From contig NW_019218050.1 of NCBI RefSeq assembly GCF_002571385.2, positions 1 to 64,000 on the forward strand: a stretch of 64,000 nt of DNA, in the 5' to 3' direction. Shown here in pieces: positions 45,738 to 57,611 of the stretch. Within the stretch, counting starts at the first letter, position 1. Each line of letters starts with the position of its first letter. This stretch comes from Stylophora pistillata. Taxonomy: Eukaryota. Both the position numbers and the translations under genes were made by a program. Below the pieces are notes generated by a model. It was not told where the DNA came from and did no database searches. It saw only the letters and a list, made by a program, of their open reading frames with translations.

Positions 45738-46718
45738 CTACTCTTCGTTTTCATCTACTCTTCTTTTAACACAACAGCATATTTGTCTAAGAAGCCTTTT
45801 AAAAGCTCTTCTGAAGTCCCTTCTCAAGAGGCTGTACGCTAAAGGATTGGCGGCTGTGCTAAACAAAGACAGCACAGTTGCAAATGTATCTGCCACAGCG
45901 GGAATAATTTCATGGTTCCATGCAACCGTTTTAATAAAGCGTGTTGCACTAAAAGGAGTCCACGAAATAATAAACAAAATTATAACCGCAGTTATTGTTC
46001 GGAAACCTTTAAATCTGTAACAGCTTCTCCAAGCTTGGCGCCGCGAATTTTTAGAATTCGTCATCTCTCTCGAAGTAATGGTGTTCACTCGTCTGTTTTG
46101 ATGTCGCACTACGGAGATTATTCGAAAGTAGCAAAAGAGTATCACAGTCGATGGAATTATGATACACAGTGCAATTGTAAGAACGCTGTAAATTAAGACC
46201 CGTATTTTCCACTCATTGCCTGTACCGGTGAAGTTATAAGTGCACATAGATTCGTATTCTCCATATCTAAACCAACCCATGGCTGCGCAGGGGATTGTAA
46301 AAATAAAGGCCCACATCCAACTGAACGCAACGGCTGCATAAATTCTCCTCGGTGTTACCTTCCCCCTGTATTTAAGGGGATAGATTATGGCATAAAATCG
46401 ATCCCAACTTATGAACGCTAAACTTTCAAGGCCAACGATTGCCAAGCTGTAGTAAACAAAAGCTGTTGCTTGACACCACGCATCACCATAGTTCCAATCC
46501 CCTTGAATCAGCGCCGCAGCACAAAATGGGATCACAAAGACCACAGTTAGAAGATCAGTCACGGCGAGGTTAAAAAGAAAGTAGTTCGAGTGTTGTTGGC
46601 GAAGATCTTTGTCGAAGTAAATCGCCAAACAGACAAGAAAGTTACCCACGAGACCACAAACGAACACGACCAATAAAATCCCGGCGAAAGAAAACGCCTC
46701 TTCTCTGGACAACAACAT
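45738..46718 (-). CDS. Rhodopsin-family (class A) GPCR, amine-receptor-like orphan, single coding exon, 326 aa
   Basis: GN in TM1, LAVTD in TM2, WC, DRF in TM3, SWTPF in TM6, NPLAY in TM7, and CCC in the tail. Confidence 0.92.
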   Translation of the reverse strand: MLLSREEAFSFAGILLVVFVCGLVGNFLVCLAIYFDKDLRQQHSNYFLFNLAVTDLLTVVFVIPFCAAALIQGDWNYGDAWCQATAFVYYSLAIVGLESLAFISWDRFYAIIYPLKYRGKVTPRRIYAAVAFSWMWAFIFTIPCAAMGWFRYGEYESMCTYNFTGTGNEWKIRVLIYSVLTIALCIIIPSTVILFCYFRIISVVRHQNRRVNTITSREMTNSKNSRRQAWRSCYRFKGFRTITAVIILFIISWTPFSATRFIKTVAWNHEIIPAVADTFATVLSLFSTAANPLAYSLLRRDFRRAFKRLLRQICCCVKRRVDENEE

Positions 46719-49116
46719 TTCGCATTCGGTTCAAGAAACTTTCCAGCGTTAGGAAACTCCTTCAAAAAGGCTTAATTTGGAAAGGTGTCCACGAAGAAAT
46801 AGGCAACATCTCCCCTGTAGACATTTATTGCGACCTATCGGAAACATCGTCATAAATAACAAATAAAATGTGTCAATAAATAATTACTTACGTTCCGTTC
46901 CGAGTTAATGAAAAAGAGTTTCATTTTCAGACGTGAGTCGATGACGAGGACCAAATATTTGATGAGTGATTACAGACTCCTTTTTTGTTTTCAATCTGCA
47001 AAATATTATGCGAACAGAAACCTCCCAAAACTTATCAACGTCTTGCCCGAATCTCAGAAATACCCATCAAATGTCTCCAATAGATAAAACTTTTTAGATA
47101 AGTATTTCGCACCTGCAGTTTAAAACAAACATGGAGCATAAAAGGCACCCGTACGAAATTAATTATTAAAACGTGAAAAGGACGTTTTACAGAGTAGCAA
47201 CTTTCAGTTTCCTAAATTCAATGTTTAGTCAATCGCGATTGCCCGAAAAGTATCTAAAACATCAAATTTTGTTCGTAAATCTTGGTAAATTTCTGACCTC
47301 GTTTTCTATCCAAATTCGAACGAAACGCCCATTTCTAATACAGTGAAATTCAAACTCCCACTTTATCGCCAAAACATAATCATAAAATGCTCGTCAAATT
47401 TTATTTTAAAAAAAGAGTACATATAACGCCTGACTTCTAGCCCCGGGCTTTCTGGATAAATTCATATGAAATTTTTCCTTCATAATCCCTGATAATTAGC
47501 ACCATCGCGTATAGCATTTTGGTTGTTAAAGACTTTGTTGCGTTAGTGAAACTCGAATTACACATCAAAAGCCTACTGTCGAACAGTTACCACAAGTTCA
47601 GTGAAACAGTCTGTGTGCACTTTCATGGAAGGTAATAGAGAATGCTCTGAAAATAATTTGGGCGGTTAAAATAAAATTTATTAATGTTTTGGGTNNNNNN
47701 NNNNNNNNNNNNNNNNNNNNNNNNNNNNNNNNNNNNNNNNNNNNNNNNNNNNNNNNNNNNNNNNNNNNNNNNNNNNNNNNNNNNNNNNNNNNNNNNNNNN
47801 NNNNNNNNNNNNNNNNNNNNNNNNNNNNNNNNNNNNNNNNNNNNNNNNNNNNNNNNNNNNNNNNNNNNNNNNNNNNNNNNNNNNNNNNNNNNNNNNNNNN
47901 NNNNNNNNNNNNNNNNNNNNNNNNNNNNNNNNNNNNNNNNNNNNNNNNNNNNNNNNNNNNNNNNNNNNNNNNNNNNNNNNNNNNNNNNNNNNNNNNNNNN
48001 NNNNNNNNNNNNNNNNNNNNNNNNNNNNNNNNNNNNNNNNNNNNNNNNNNNNNNNNNNNNNNNNNNNNNNNNNNNNNNNNNNNNNNNNNNNNNNNNNNNN
48101 NNNNNNNNNNNNNNNNNNNNNNNNNNNNNNNNNNNNNNNNNNNNNNNNNNNNNNNNNNNNNNNNNNNNNNNNNNNNNNNNNNNNNNNNNNNNNNNNNNNN
48201 NNNNNNNNNNNNNNNNNNNNNNNNNNNNNNNNNNNNNNNNNNNNNNNNNNNNNNNNNNNNNNNNNNNNNNNNNNNNNNNNNNNNNNNNNNNNNNNNNNNN
48301 NNNNNNNNNNNNNNNNNNNNNNNNNNNNNNNNNNNNNNNNNNNNNNNNNNNNNNNNNNNNNNNNNNNNNNNNNNNNNNNNNNNNNNNNNNNNNNNNNNNN
48401 NGATATACAAGGCCAATCTTTTTTAAAAATACGTTAAACCAGCAGCAAATACTTATCACTCTTGCAAGTTTTTGTTTTTTATGGCTAAGAAGATCCCCAC
48501 GGGCAAACAGACACTTTCTTAAAAGTTGTCAAACAAAGAGAAACCAAAAGAAAAAAAAGTTATAAAAGCACGAGCAATGAATACCACCGGCTTCATAAAT
48601 CATAGAAATGAAGTATGGGATGACATTTCTCTTTGATTTGTATGAGCTATAAACATATTTAATATACAGTATTGAATATGCCCTTCGTCAGAGCGAAGAA
48701 GGGCTAACGTTCGAAACATCAGCTTCGAAACTCTTTACGGTAGCCAATTTACTTTATAAAACCAAGATTACCTTGTTACTTCCACCGACGCAGCATCACA
48801 GCTTCTTGAAAAAAACTCACTCCCTTTATATTTAATACACAATTACATGTCAAGCAAAGTTGGCGGCCTTTCAGACAGAATCTTACTCAAGTTTTCATGG
48901 CAAAAACAACTGAATTTGAAGTATAGTCACTCGTAATCAATAACGTGATTGATCTCGGAGTCTCCCAGAGGTGCCAGTTAGTCTTATTATGTCATATTGC
49001 CTAAATACAGTTCACCAGTAATACGCATGTGAGGAACTCATTACCAGCTTGAGGCGAAGTTCTGCTGACGTCATTGTCTCAATTTCACTTGTCATAAGTT
49101 AACAAAGCGACTTACG

Positions 49117-49486
49117 TCCAGTTGAGACGTCATGCTTCTTCCGGGACGAACTTAATTCCAATTAGGTTTGCCTACAGCACGGCAGAAGCACGACTCTAAT
49201 TTAGACATCGGACTAGAGTTGTACGTACGCAATTCAGGATTTACTGAAACCAACTAACAATCCCGCCAAAATACATTAAACGTAATTTTTTAATTTAGTT
49301 TCGCTCGGCAGAGGCACGATGTCCAAAGCGCTTTCGTGTCAGAGTCGCGTAGCACGGCAGAACTTGTCGGAATTAATTGCTTTGCCGAACTTAATTAAAA
49401 AGACGCCGTGCTTCCACCGCGCTCTTATCGGACTTAATTGCCTGAATTAGGTTCGACACGACAGGAGCACGACGTCTAAACTAGGA
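49117..49486. repeat. MITE-like repeat built from internal GCACGGCAGAAGCACGAC / GAACTTAATT motifs
   Basis: Imperfect terminal inverted match (ccagttgagacgtcatgct vs agcacgacgtctaaactag) and repeated internal motifs in both orientations. Confidence 0.5.
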
Positions 49487-50167
49487 CTTAAAAAGGGAAT
49501 CATTCTTAGCACAGAGTGACACTTCAGGAAGCGTTTTACCTACTTTTCAGTTTTTGTGAATTTCAACTTCGTTCTGCTTATAGATATTAGTCAATCTGGC
49601 TGTTACAGGTAATAATGAGCTCATATATTCTTTGATTTATTATTTTAGCCTCATAACATCGCTCCGAACAAAAATAAATTATGAAATTTTTTGGAAGTGG
49701 TATATGTTTTATGGCTTTTGAAAGATTCAGAACTGACCTTCTTGCCATTTTTTTCAGGGAAAAAAACTGTTATAGAAATATGGAGAAACTTGTCAACAAA
49801 GATTCACTCTCTTCTCTTGCCGTCTCTCTGTCCACAAAGTTAGTTTCGGTAGACAGAAGAAAAAGCAGAGGGAATAATAAACAACAAGTTAATGGTAAGG
49901 TTTTTGAGATAAAGAAACGTTCCGTAGCTGAGCAGTCAATTTCTCTTTCTCTCCGATAAAAGGAATAAATTGTAAGACGAATTGCCCGCGAAACCAAGAC
50001 TCGTTAATTTCCATGTCTAGTTGTGATATGAGCTCGCGTTCCACGCAGTCTAACCACGGCTGGCCCAGCCAGAGAATATTAATCTGAAGACTTGGGGTGG
50101 CTTAGAGTTAAATTGTGAGAGAGGACTAAGTGCTTTATTCAAAAAATAAATTACAATCTCATTTTAT

Positions 50168-53100
50168 CTACAAAATTGATCGATATCTGACAGCGAACAT
50201 GATCCATACTGCGCACGCGCCTTCAGGGTAGGTGAACACTCGGACCCGAACTGCCAATCTCACGTGATCACCGCGGCAGCAAATGATCTCCTCACATACC
50301 GGTGACCTGGGAAAGACATAATTTTTACCGCCTACTTTCAGTTGTTTCGAAACAGAATTTTAATCAGACTGAAGAAGTATGCCACAAGGATACTTTTTGT
50401 GCCACAACGTTCACGAACGAACGGTTAAGTTAGGTTAGGATTTGAAGATTCTGAAAAACGTTTATGCGGGAGGCAAACAGCACGATATGAACTTTTGCCT
50501 ACTGTCTTTCAGCCGTTTGCCCAACAAAGGGAAATCGTTTGCATTTGTTGTGTTCAACACGATGGTTTTTATTTAGGGACTTTTCAACATAAAGTAAACA
50601 ACATCAGAGGCAAGTTTTTCCGTTTACATTTGTTAGCCACGTAGCACTTAATCTACCCAAAGTAGAAGTTTAGCCATTCGAAACGTTCATATGAATGAGC
50701 TTAGGATTAAAAAAAAAAAAACATTCAAAAAATTTTTTTGCTGTTTTTCGCAGGTGGAAATTGAGATAAATTCCATTTCACTTGGTTTGTATTCCTGGAA
50801 AAAAACATATTTCTAGAGCCTTGCAAACAACCGAGTCATAAATTAAACGCGACTTACCTCAGGCATGTGGCAAATGCCCGCCTTGCGTTACGATGCACAA
50901 ACTGGATGGGAAACCCTTTGAAAGTGTGACCGTCAGGAATTGCTCGTCTTATAGCTTGTTGAAATTCTTCATTCCCGGCGGAAACACCCGTGCTATGTTC
51001 CAATTCATAAGCAGCGAGAGCTGGAGTAAGAATGTAGCTTAACTCGTCATCCCATGTGGTGTTAAGGCCGAGATCCTAAAGCATTATGGGAAATTTACCA
51101 ACGATCAGACTCATGCGTAGTTTCCATCACAGCCGATGTTTGAATGTCACACAACGCTCCCTGAACGCTTCTTTAGGGAGTGGGCGTGTGAAAGCATTAC
51201 GTAACATCCCAAAGGACCACTGTGAAAGAGACGAGCTGGCGCGTCCCTTTTTCAAGTATATGGAGCGATCGATGCCGATTATAAATCGAACGGTGAGAAG
51301 AAGACTAGCATCCAAAATTAATCCAAAGCAAATTTCTTTAGTGATGATTGTAACATTTAAATCTGAAGCAAAATTTTACCCTTCTATGATCCGTTACTAG
51401 GCCCCTCAGCTCGTGTTCCATGTCATTGCTAACCAGGGCCGAGTCCACACCAGAAGGATACATGGGAGGGAAGACTGGGCCGCTGGGCTGTGATAAAAAA
51501 GAACAAAAACCCCTTAGTCCATCTTATATTTAAAGTCAATCATGGGATCCGGGTAAAACTTAAAAACGATAGTTTGTTACGCTAGACAAACGCCAGACGA
51601 TTAAATGTATGAAAAAAGTAGCTAGGATAACTAACGACAGAGAAAACAGCAAATCGCGTATTGGGAAAAACGTAGACAATAAAATTCTGCACCAATATTT
51701 TAGGTCCACACACGGATCGTAAAGCCTCCTCGCTCATACTCTTCCACCGTGCTTCATTCTGAAGTTCAAATTGACAAACCTCAACAGAATCTGTTGGCTG
51801 AAAACAGATGTGCAGCGGTCAGTATTCAATATTACAACAAGAGATGCATTCTCCATTCTCAAATGAATATTTCAATAAATCTTAATTGGTAGCAATATAT
51901 TCTCAACATATTCCTTTTTGAAAGAGTGGTTCGCAGCATTGAAGAAGTTCGTTCAAGGTCATCTCATTCCTGTCAAGGTAACCAGTTCTCTATAAAGTGT
52001 CCAAATATATTTCTTAAATTTTTAGATGACCCAAATTTTCCTTTCCTGTGTTGCAAATTCACAAAACATGTCGATACAGGAGTTGTAGGGCGCAAAGAAA
52101 AAAAAAAAAAAAAAAAAAAGATTTAATGCGCTGGTAACCTAAAAAAAAAAAAATTTCGCTCGTGAGGAGCAACTAAATCTAAATAATCACAACAGCCAAT
52201 AAGAAGAAAGGTGAGTATGACAGCGTGCCAATAGAGCAATTTTCATTTGAATGACGAAAATAATCAGAGATTGCGTTGGTTTCGCTTCACTCCATTCTGT
52301 GATTGGTCCAGAAAACTCGCGCCACTTTCTCAACGAATCAGATGCAAAAATAAAAGCAATCTCATTAATCATGCCTTAGTCGCCCGCGTTTTCCAGTTTG
52401 GTTGTTTTTACTCTGACTTCTCATTGGCTCTTAAAGATACTTTCCTTTCTTCGGATTGGCCGCTGCGATTACTTTGGTTTTTGGTTTTAGGACACTCAAT
52501 GGAAACGCGCTCTCAGAAGTCAAAGCAAAAACAAACAAAAAAAGGGGAGGGGGAAATGCGGAAAAACCTGGGTGACTATGTCGCTATTAATCATTTCTAC
52601 TCTTCGCATCTGATGTGTCGAAAATTGGTCGCACGAGTTTTCAGGACCAAAATGACAAAATGAACGACAAAAGCTCTAAAGGGAGACGAGTAACTCTCAG
52701 GTTGTGATTTGATTTCTAACCTGACTGTTGGCGTAAAAGGTCCGATGATTAAACACACAGCCTACGGTTCTGTACGGGTGATCAGGGCGGGACTGCTTGA
52801 GAGCTGGGGGGTCATCAGGGTTTACTGGGCGGTGAGCGTACCTTTCGAATAAAATGCCAAATAATGAATTCATGTGAAATGGTAGGTTTAACCAAAATCA
52901 GAGCCATGACAACTTGAACCCTCGCTACCACAGACCTTGCACAAACTTACTTCCGAGCACATTTACTTCAATATTTGACCCTCAATAACTCGCACCCCCG
53001 ATAAATCAGACCTTGCGCTGACACGAACAAAACTCGATTTCCCCTGGATTTCTGTCAAAAATTAAGTAATTACCTTATCCTTCCAGGTCATCCACTACAT

Positions 53101-56100
53101 AGGTTTACCCTTGATAACGCAAACCATGTTTTCAATACCTTAGGTGTCAAAACAAACTTCAGTATTTACTTCTCATTAACCGAGCGGGAGGTCTGTATGG
53201 GAGAATCTTGACCAGGGTCGCCAGTACAGACCGAACGCAGTGAGGTCTGTATCAGCGACCGAGGTCAAGATTCTCCCATACAGACCGACCTAGCTCGGTT
53301 AATAAGATGTTTATTATATGGCTGTGTCTTATATGCCAATTTTTTATATTCTTTGTCCCTTTTTTTTTTTAGACCGGTCTAGATGCCGGTCTAGCGGGAA
53401 AATCTAGACTATTTTCAATATTGATTTCAGCCAATCAAATTCGTGAATTCGGTAGTTCCCAGTCCCTGTGAGACAGCCATATAATATGTAGTATTGAACC
53501 GTAGTATAGTATAGAAGATGAATTTAACAGTGCATTCCATTTCAATACAGCTTTGCTCCTTTAAAATTCCATCTTCAAACTGAATCGTTCAATTTACAAT
53601 CGACAACTCTAAAATTCCATCAATTTGATTAAAATGTATACCACTTTTTCCTTATTTTAGGTAACTTGTCCTTAAACGCGATAAATCGAACCTGCTTCAA
53701 TTCCCTCTAAAGTTCAAGTAATCTGGAGTTGACTTTATCATAAAGTTTAGTTTAGTTTAGTTTTGTTTAATTCATTCGCCACGGGAATGGTAGGAGAAAG
53801 GAACAGAACTTTCGTCCCAATTGACACCTAACCCCTTTGCACCCACCATCCCACCCCAGAAAGGACATCCATCACACAGTAATCTCGTGCGTGGGAAATT
53901 AATGTCTCCTACCCCCAACCCTGCAGGAGACGGGACCTCCATTTATTCGTCCCTATCTGAGAAGACTAGAATATCTAACCATTTCTTAATGTTATAGAAA
54001 GGTAGCAAATTCCTCTCAATTATTTTAAGACCTTGAGTGTTGGTCAGGCCGGAGCTCGAACCCTCGACCTCCCGCACAACAGTCCAGCACACTATCCATT
54101 GGACTAACTGGGCGGCGGTAAAGAGACAGTTTGCTGGCACCTCCTGTCACAAACATAGAACTAGATAAATACATTCTTAATATTCAGATAAAACGATACC
54201 TGTGAGCTGTCAAACTCTCCCAAAAGTTGACTTCCCCCTCAGGGCTGATTGTCATCACCCAGGTATGGGCAGCACCTTTTGCCTTGGTGCCAACACAAAC
54301 ATATGCATTGAGACCAAAACCCAGAAGAAGACTGCACAATAGGACTGCATGATCCTCACAATCCTTTAAGTAGTGATATAATGAAAGCAAACATTACAGC
54401 AAAACACATTCTTTCTGACAACAATAAAATCAAAACAAACCAAAACAAAGCAGATAAACAAATTATGATTGAAACACTTCTGGTATTTTTTGTCGATAAT
54501 TAGCAACATTTTTCTTATTCCTAAATCTGTTCATTAGAATTCCAGTTCTTGTCACTTTTCCTCAACAATTACTTACCCCTTTTCCTTTGCAGAGAAATGC
54601 ATGCAAACTGCTCCACATCTCTGCCTTTCCACCACCAACAGATGGTGCATGTTCATACCCTAATAAACTGACAAATCTTGCAGCATGCCGGGGGCTATCA
54701 AGTAATCTCCCAGCACGGAGAGGACACACAAATAAGCAGACAGGACGATTGGTGCCACACTCATCTTGAGCAAAAATCTTCACAAGTCTGTTGCTATGAG
54801 AGGCACGTATCTGGAGAAATTCCCTCCACCACTGTTTTGCATATACCAAGAAGAGTCGCTCTCTTTCTGCTATTCTGGAGTGTTCCAAGTTTTCTTGTGC
54901 TGTGATTACTTCTTTTGTTAAGATCTGAAATTTTGAAACAAAATATTTTTTTTAAAGGTGGTAGTATGTTTTATGGAGACAAAATAATCCTAGCAGCTAT
55001 TAACCTGTTATTAGAGAATTTGGAGACAAAGAAGTCTGAAAAATTAAACAGGCTTTAATGGCTGCACCGTGCCTCTTAGATCCTACCAGCTATGCTACCA
55101 AGCCTCATGATTTTGAGGGAGACAAATTTTGGAGGGTTCTTTTTCCTGTTAAATAATATCCCCACAAGTAACTAAAATAAATCACATTTTGACTTGCTGA
55201 TGATATACAATTAAAAGAAATGAAAACATCTGTTCATGCACATACAAGTATAACCTCACCTGACTCAACCTTGGAATTATTTCAAACTTAATCTCTACTA
55301 TTCCCATTGGCACTTTCGCTTCAGCGCCTACACCATTTATTTCCACAGCAGATGTCAATCTTCCATTTGCTGCAGACAGAATGTCCCTCCAGGGAAGGAA
55401 ATGTGAACCAATAAGTGTTGTGTCACCTGAAGGATCTGTTTTAATAAGGACTAGATGAATGTAATCTGAGATTGATAGAAGAGTTGCTGCATCAGCCATT
55501 TTGCCACCATCCTTCTGCAGTTCCAGCAAGAATCCTATGGAAGACAGACTGTGTAAATAACTGAGGGAGCCCATAGTAGCCAAAAGGATTGGGTTTTGAA
55601 AGGACCTACAATAGATTAAATCAAAAGGAAAATTTAATACCTTCATTTATGTCTGGTTCACAGGCACAAGGAACAGGTCTTGACCTGAATCGCTGTCCTT
55701 TAAAATGAACATGCAAGGTAAATGTGGATGTGACTTTTCCTGGCAGTGGTTCAGGGTCCTGCAGATGTTCCAAAAATGCTTTGCCTCCAAGCACTTGTAG
55801 GTATAGATAACGTTTAGTGGGATCCACACCAACTACAAAACACACAAAATGTCAGCAACAACAATAAGCAATGCCTAATTGTTGATTATCAGAGTTGATT
55901 ATCAGAGTGATGGTTGTCTGGAGAAGAAGACAGTGTTGTTAGATGTAGTGATTCACATTTTGAATTCCTTAGTTGGAGTCTTCATTAGAATCAGAGCTAA
56001 AAGTTGTTTGTCAGTTGTGCATTATATGTCTGATTTGTGTAAACTGATTAGCCAGTTTTCTCATGATGTTATTCCCTGAAAGACTGAAGTACTGTACATC

Positions 56101-57297
56101 AATGATCAAACAATGAAATCGAGTTGCTCTTTTCTGCTCGACTGGACAATCAGAATTCACAACCACACTCACAACACTCATTTGAAAAACAACTCTTCCT
56201 TTGATTCCGATGATGACTTCTGCTGAGGTTGTCAAAACATCAGTCTCCTCGACTAATAGTCCTTATCGTGGCCCAGTTCTTCAAAGGCTGATTAGTGTGA
56301 TCCCAGGGTTAATTTTTAACCCTGATTTCACTATTTCTTTATTTAAAAAGTATTTTTGGATAATTTTCTCTTTTCTTCTCAGAACATCTAATCATCAAAT
56401 TGTAGTAAAAAAAAATCATATTGAATTTTAAAACTTTCAGATCTAAAATCAGATTTTGCACTCACCCTGGGTTTTCTTAACCCACTTTTCAACAACTCGA
56501 TCCAGGAATATTACTCTTACCAGGACGATCTGACTATACAATCAAATGTTACTTCCTGGATTCAAACCATTTACTGAACAGACAATGCCTTAGTGTGTGC
56601 TAAAACTATAATCACTAGTAATAAAGATGCTAAAAGTAGGGAAATGAATGATAAGCTTTCAGTTCTAATATAATAATAAAAGGGTGTAAAACAAATACTT
56701 TCGTTTGTAATTTCATAAATTTGACCAATCTAACGCGTTTGTTTCCCTCGTGTGGTACCTCCAACTGGAGAGTTCAGCCACTTTAAATATCATTATAATT
56801 GATACAAGTTTGTTATATTTTGTAAGGAAACACACATGTAAAACGTTCTAAATGGAGTTTGATTCATTCAAAGATGTACATAAATGTACATGTATATACG
56901 CGTGTTGCCATCGCGTTTAACAGAGTCCGAAAACAGTTGTTTGTTTACAATCATTTTGCATCTTTTACACTTTATTATAACACTTGGCTACCTAGAGTAA
57001 AATGTTAATACCCCTTGTCGGGACTTCGTCCGAGGCATCTACCCTCCTTTTATCCTTTAGTCGTCTCGGATCTCTTTCAAGACCCTCGAATTTTAGCGTA
57101 TTCATCACATCATCAACGATGCCTCGTTCTTTCAACGCATTCAAAAGCCCTGCTTCATCGATTCCTGAGCTTTCAGCATCCTCTCCTCGGAACGATTCAT
57201 CCACACAGTCTCTGATCCTAGAATGCACGTTCATTTGAGATACCTGACTGTGAATAATCTGTTTGAGTTCATGAACTTTTTCTGAAGGAAGAGCCAT
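50168..57297 (-). CDS. CEP76: Centrosomal protein 76, 10 coding exons
   Basis: Exons 57297-57012, 55832-55641, 55534-55260, 54924-54577, 54363-54200, 52841-52721, 51797-51693, 51487-51380, 51075-50858 and 50306-50168 splice in phase with GT-AG. Motifs MALPSEKVHELKQIIH, RYLYLQVLGGKAFLEHL, YAKQWWRE, DCEDHAVLLCSLLLGFG and C-terminal VWIMFAVRYRSIL*. Confidence 0.95.
52231..52514. repeat. Abundant TAGAGC...GCTCT(A)-ended MITE family
   Basis: tagagcaattttcatttgaatgacgaaaa...acactcaatggaaacgcgctct. Related decayed copies at about 5235-5445, 14130-14345 and 58260-58530. Confidence 0.55.
53746..54119 (-). mobile_element. tRNA-derived SINE
   Basis: Minus-strand head with A-box-like TTAGTCCAATGG and B-box-like GGTTCGAGCTCC, and an (AACTA)n tail at 53746-53770. 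Confidence 0.75.
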
Positions 57298-57611
57298 TTT
57301 CGCCAAATTTCACTGCAAACTATGCCGTTCAAATGTGGCGCGTGACTTCCGGAAACGGAACTGCGCAAACTCTGCAGCGCTTATGTTGTTGTTCTTATCC
57401 GCTGTGTGGATGTATCGCGTCTGATGATTCAGCGCATGTCAACATTACACAGCTTCGCTGTCCTTCGCTGTAACTTATCGCATGTTCATTTTTCTTGGCG
57501 CAAAAATTTGAACGAGTAATTCTCTTTCCGCAATGAATACCTTCGTAAATTGAAATTGTTTGAGCGATTGAGAACAAAAGAGAGACCTGCAAGATCAACT
57601 TAGTCTCTGTT
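57298..57611. promoter_or_regulatory. Bidirectional promoter of CEP76 and TRIP13 with ETS and E2F/CDE-CHR-like motifs
   Basis: 314 bp between ATGs. ACTTCCGGAA at 57345-57354, TTGGCGC-AAAAA-TTTGAA at 57495-57512 (+), and CGCG-CCACA-TTTGAA at 57342-57328 (-). Confidence 0.65.

Noticed and set aside
45738-46718. GPCR as an opsin (ECL2 GWFRY...C resembles opsins)
   Set aside because: The position six residues before NPxxY is Leu, not the retinal-binding Lys.
54040-54119. tRNA gene
   Set aside because: Degenerate cloverleaf attached to a SINE body and simple-repeat tail, so a SINE head and not a functional tRNA.
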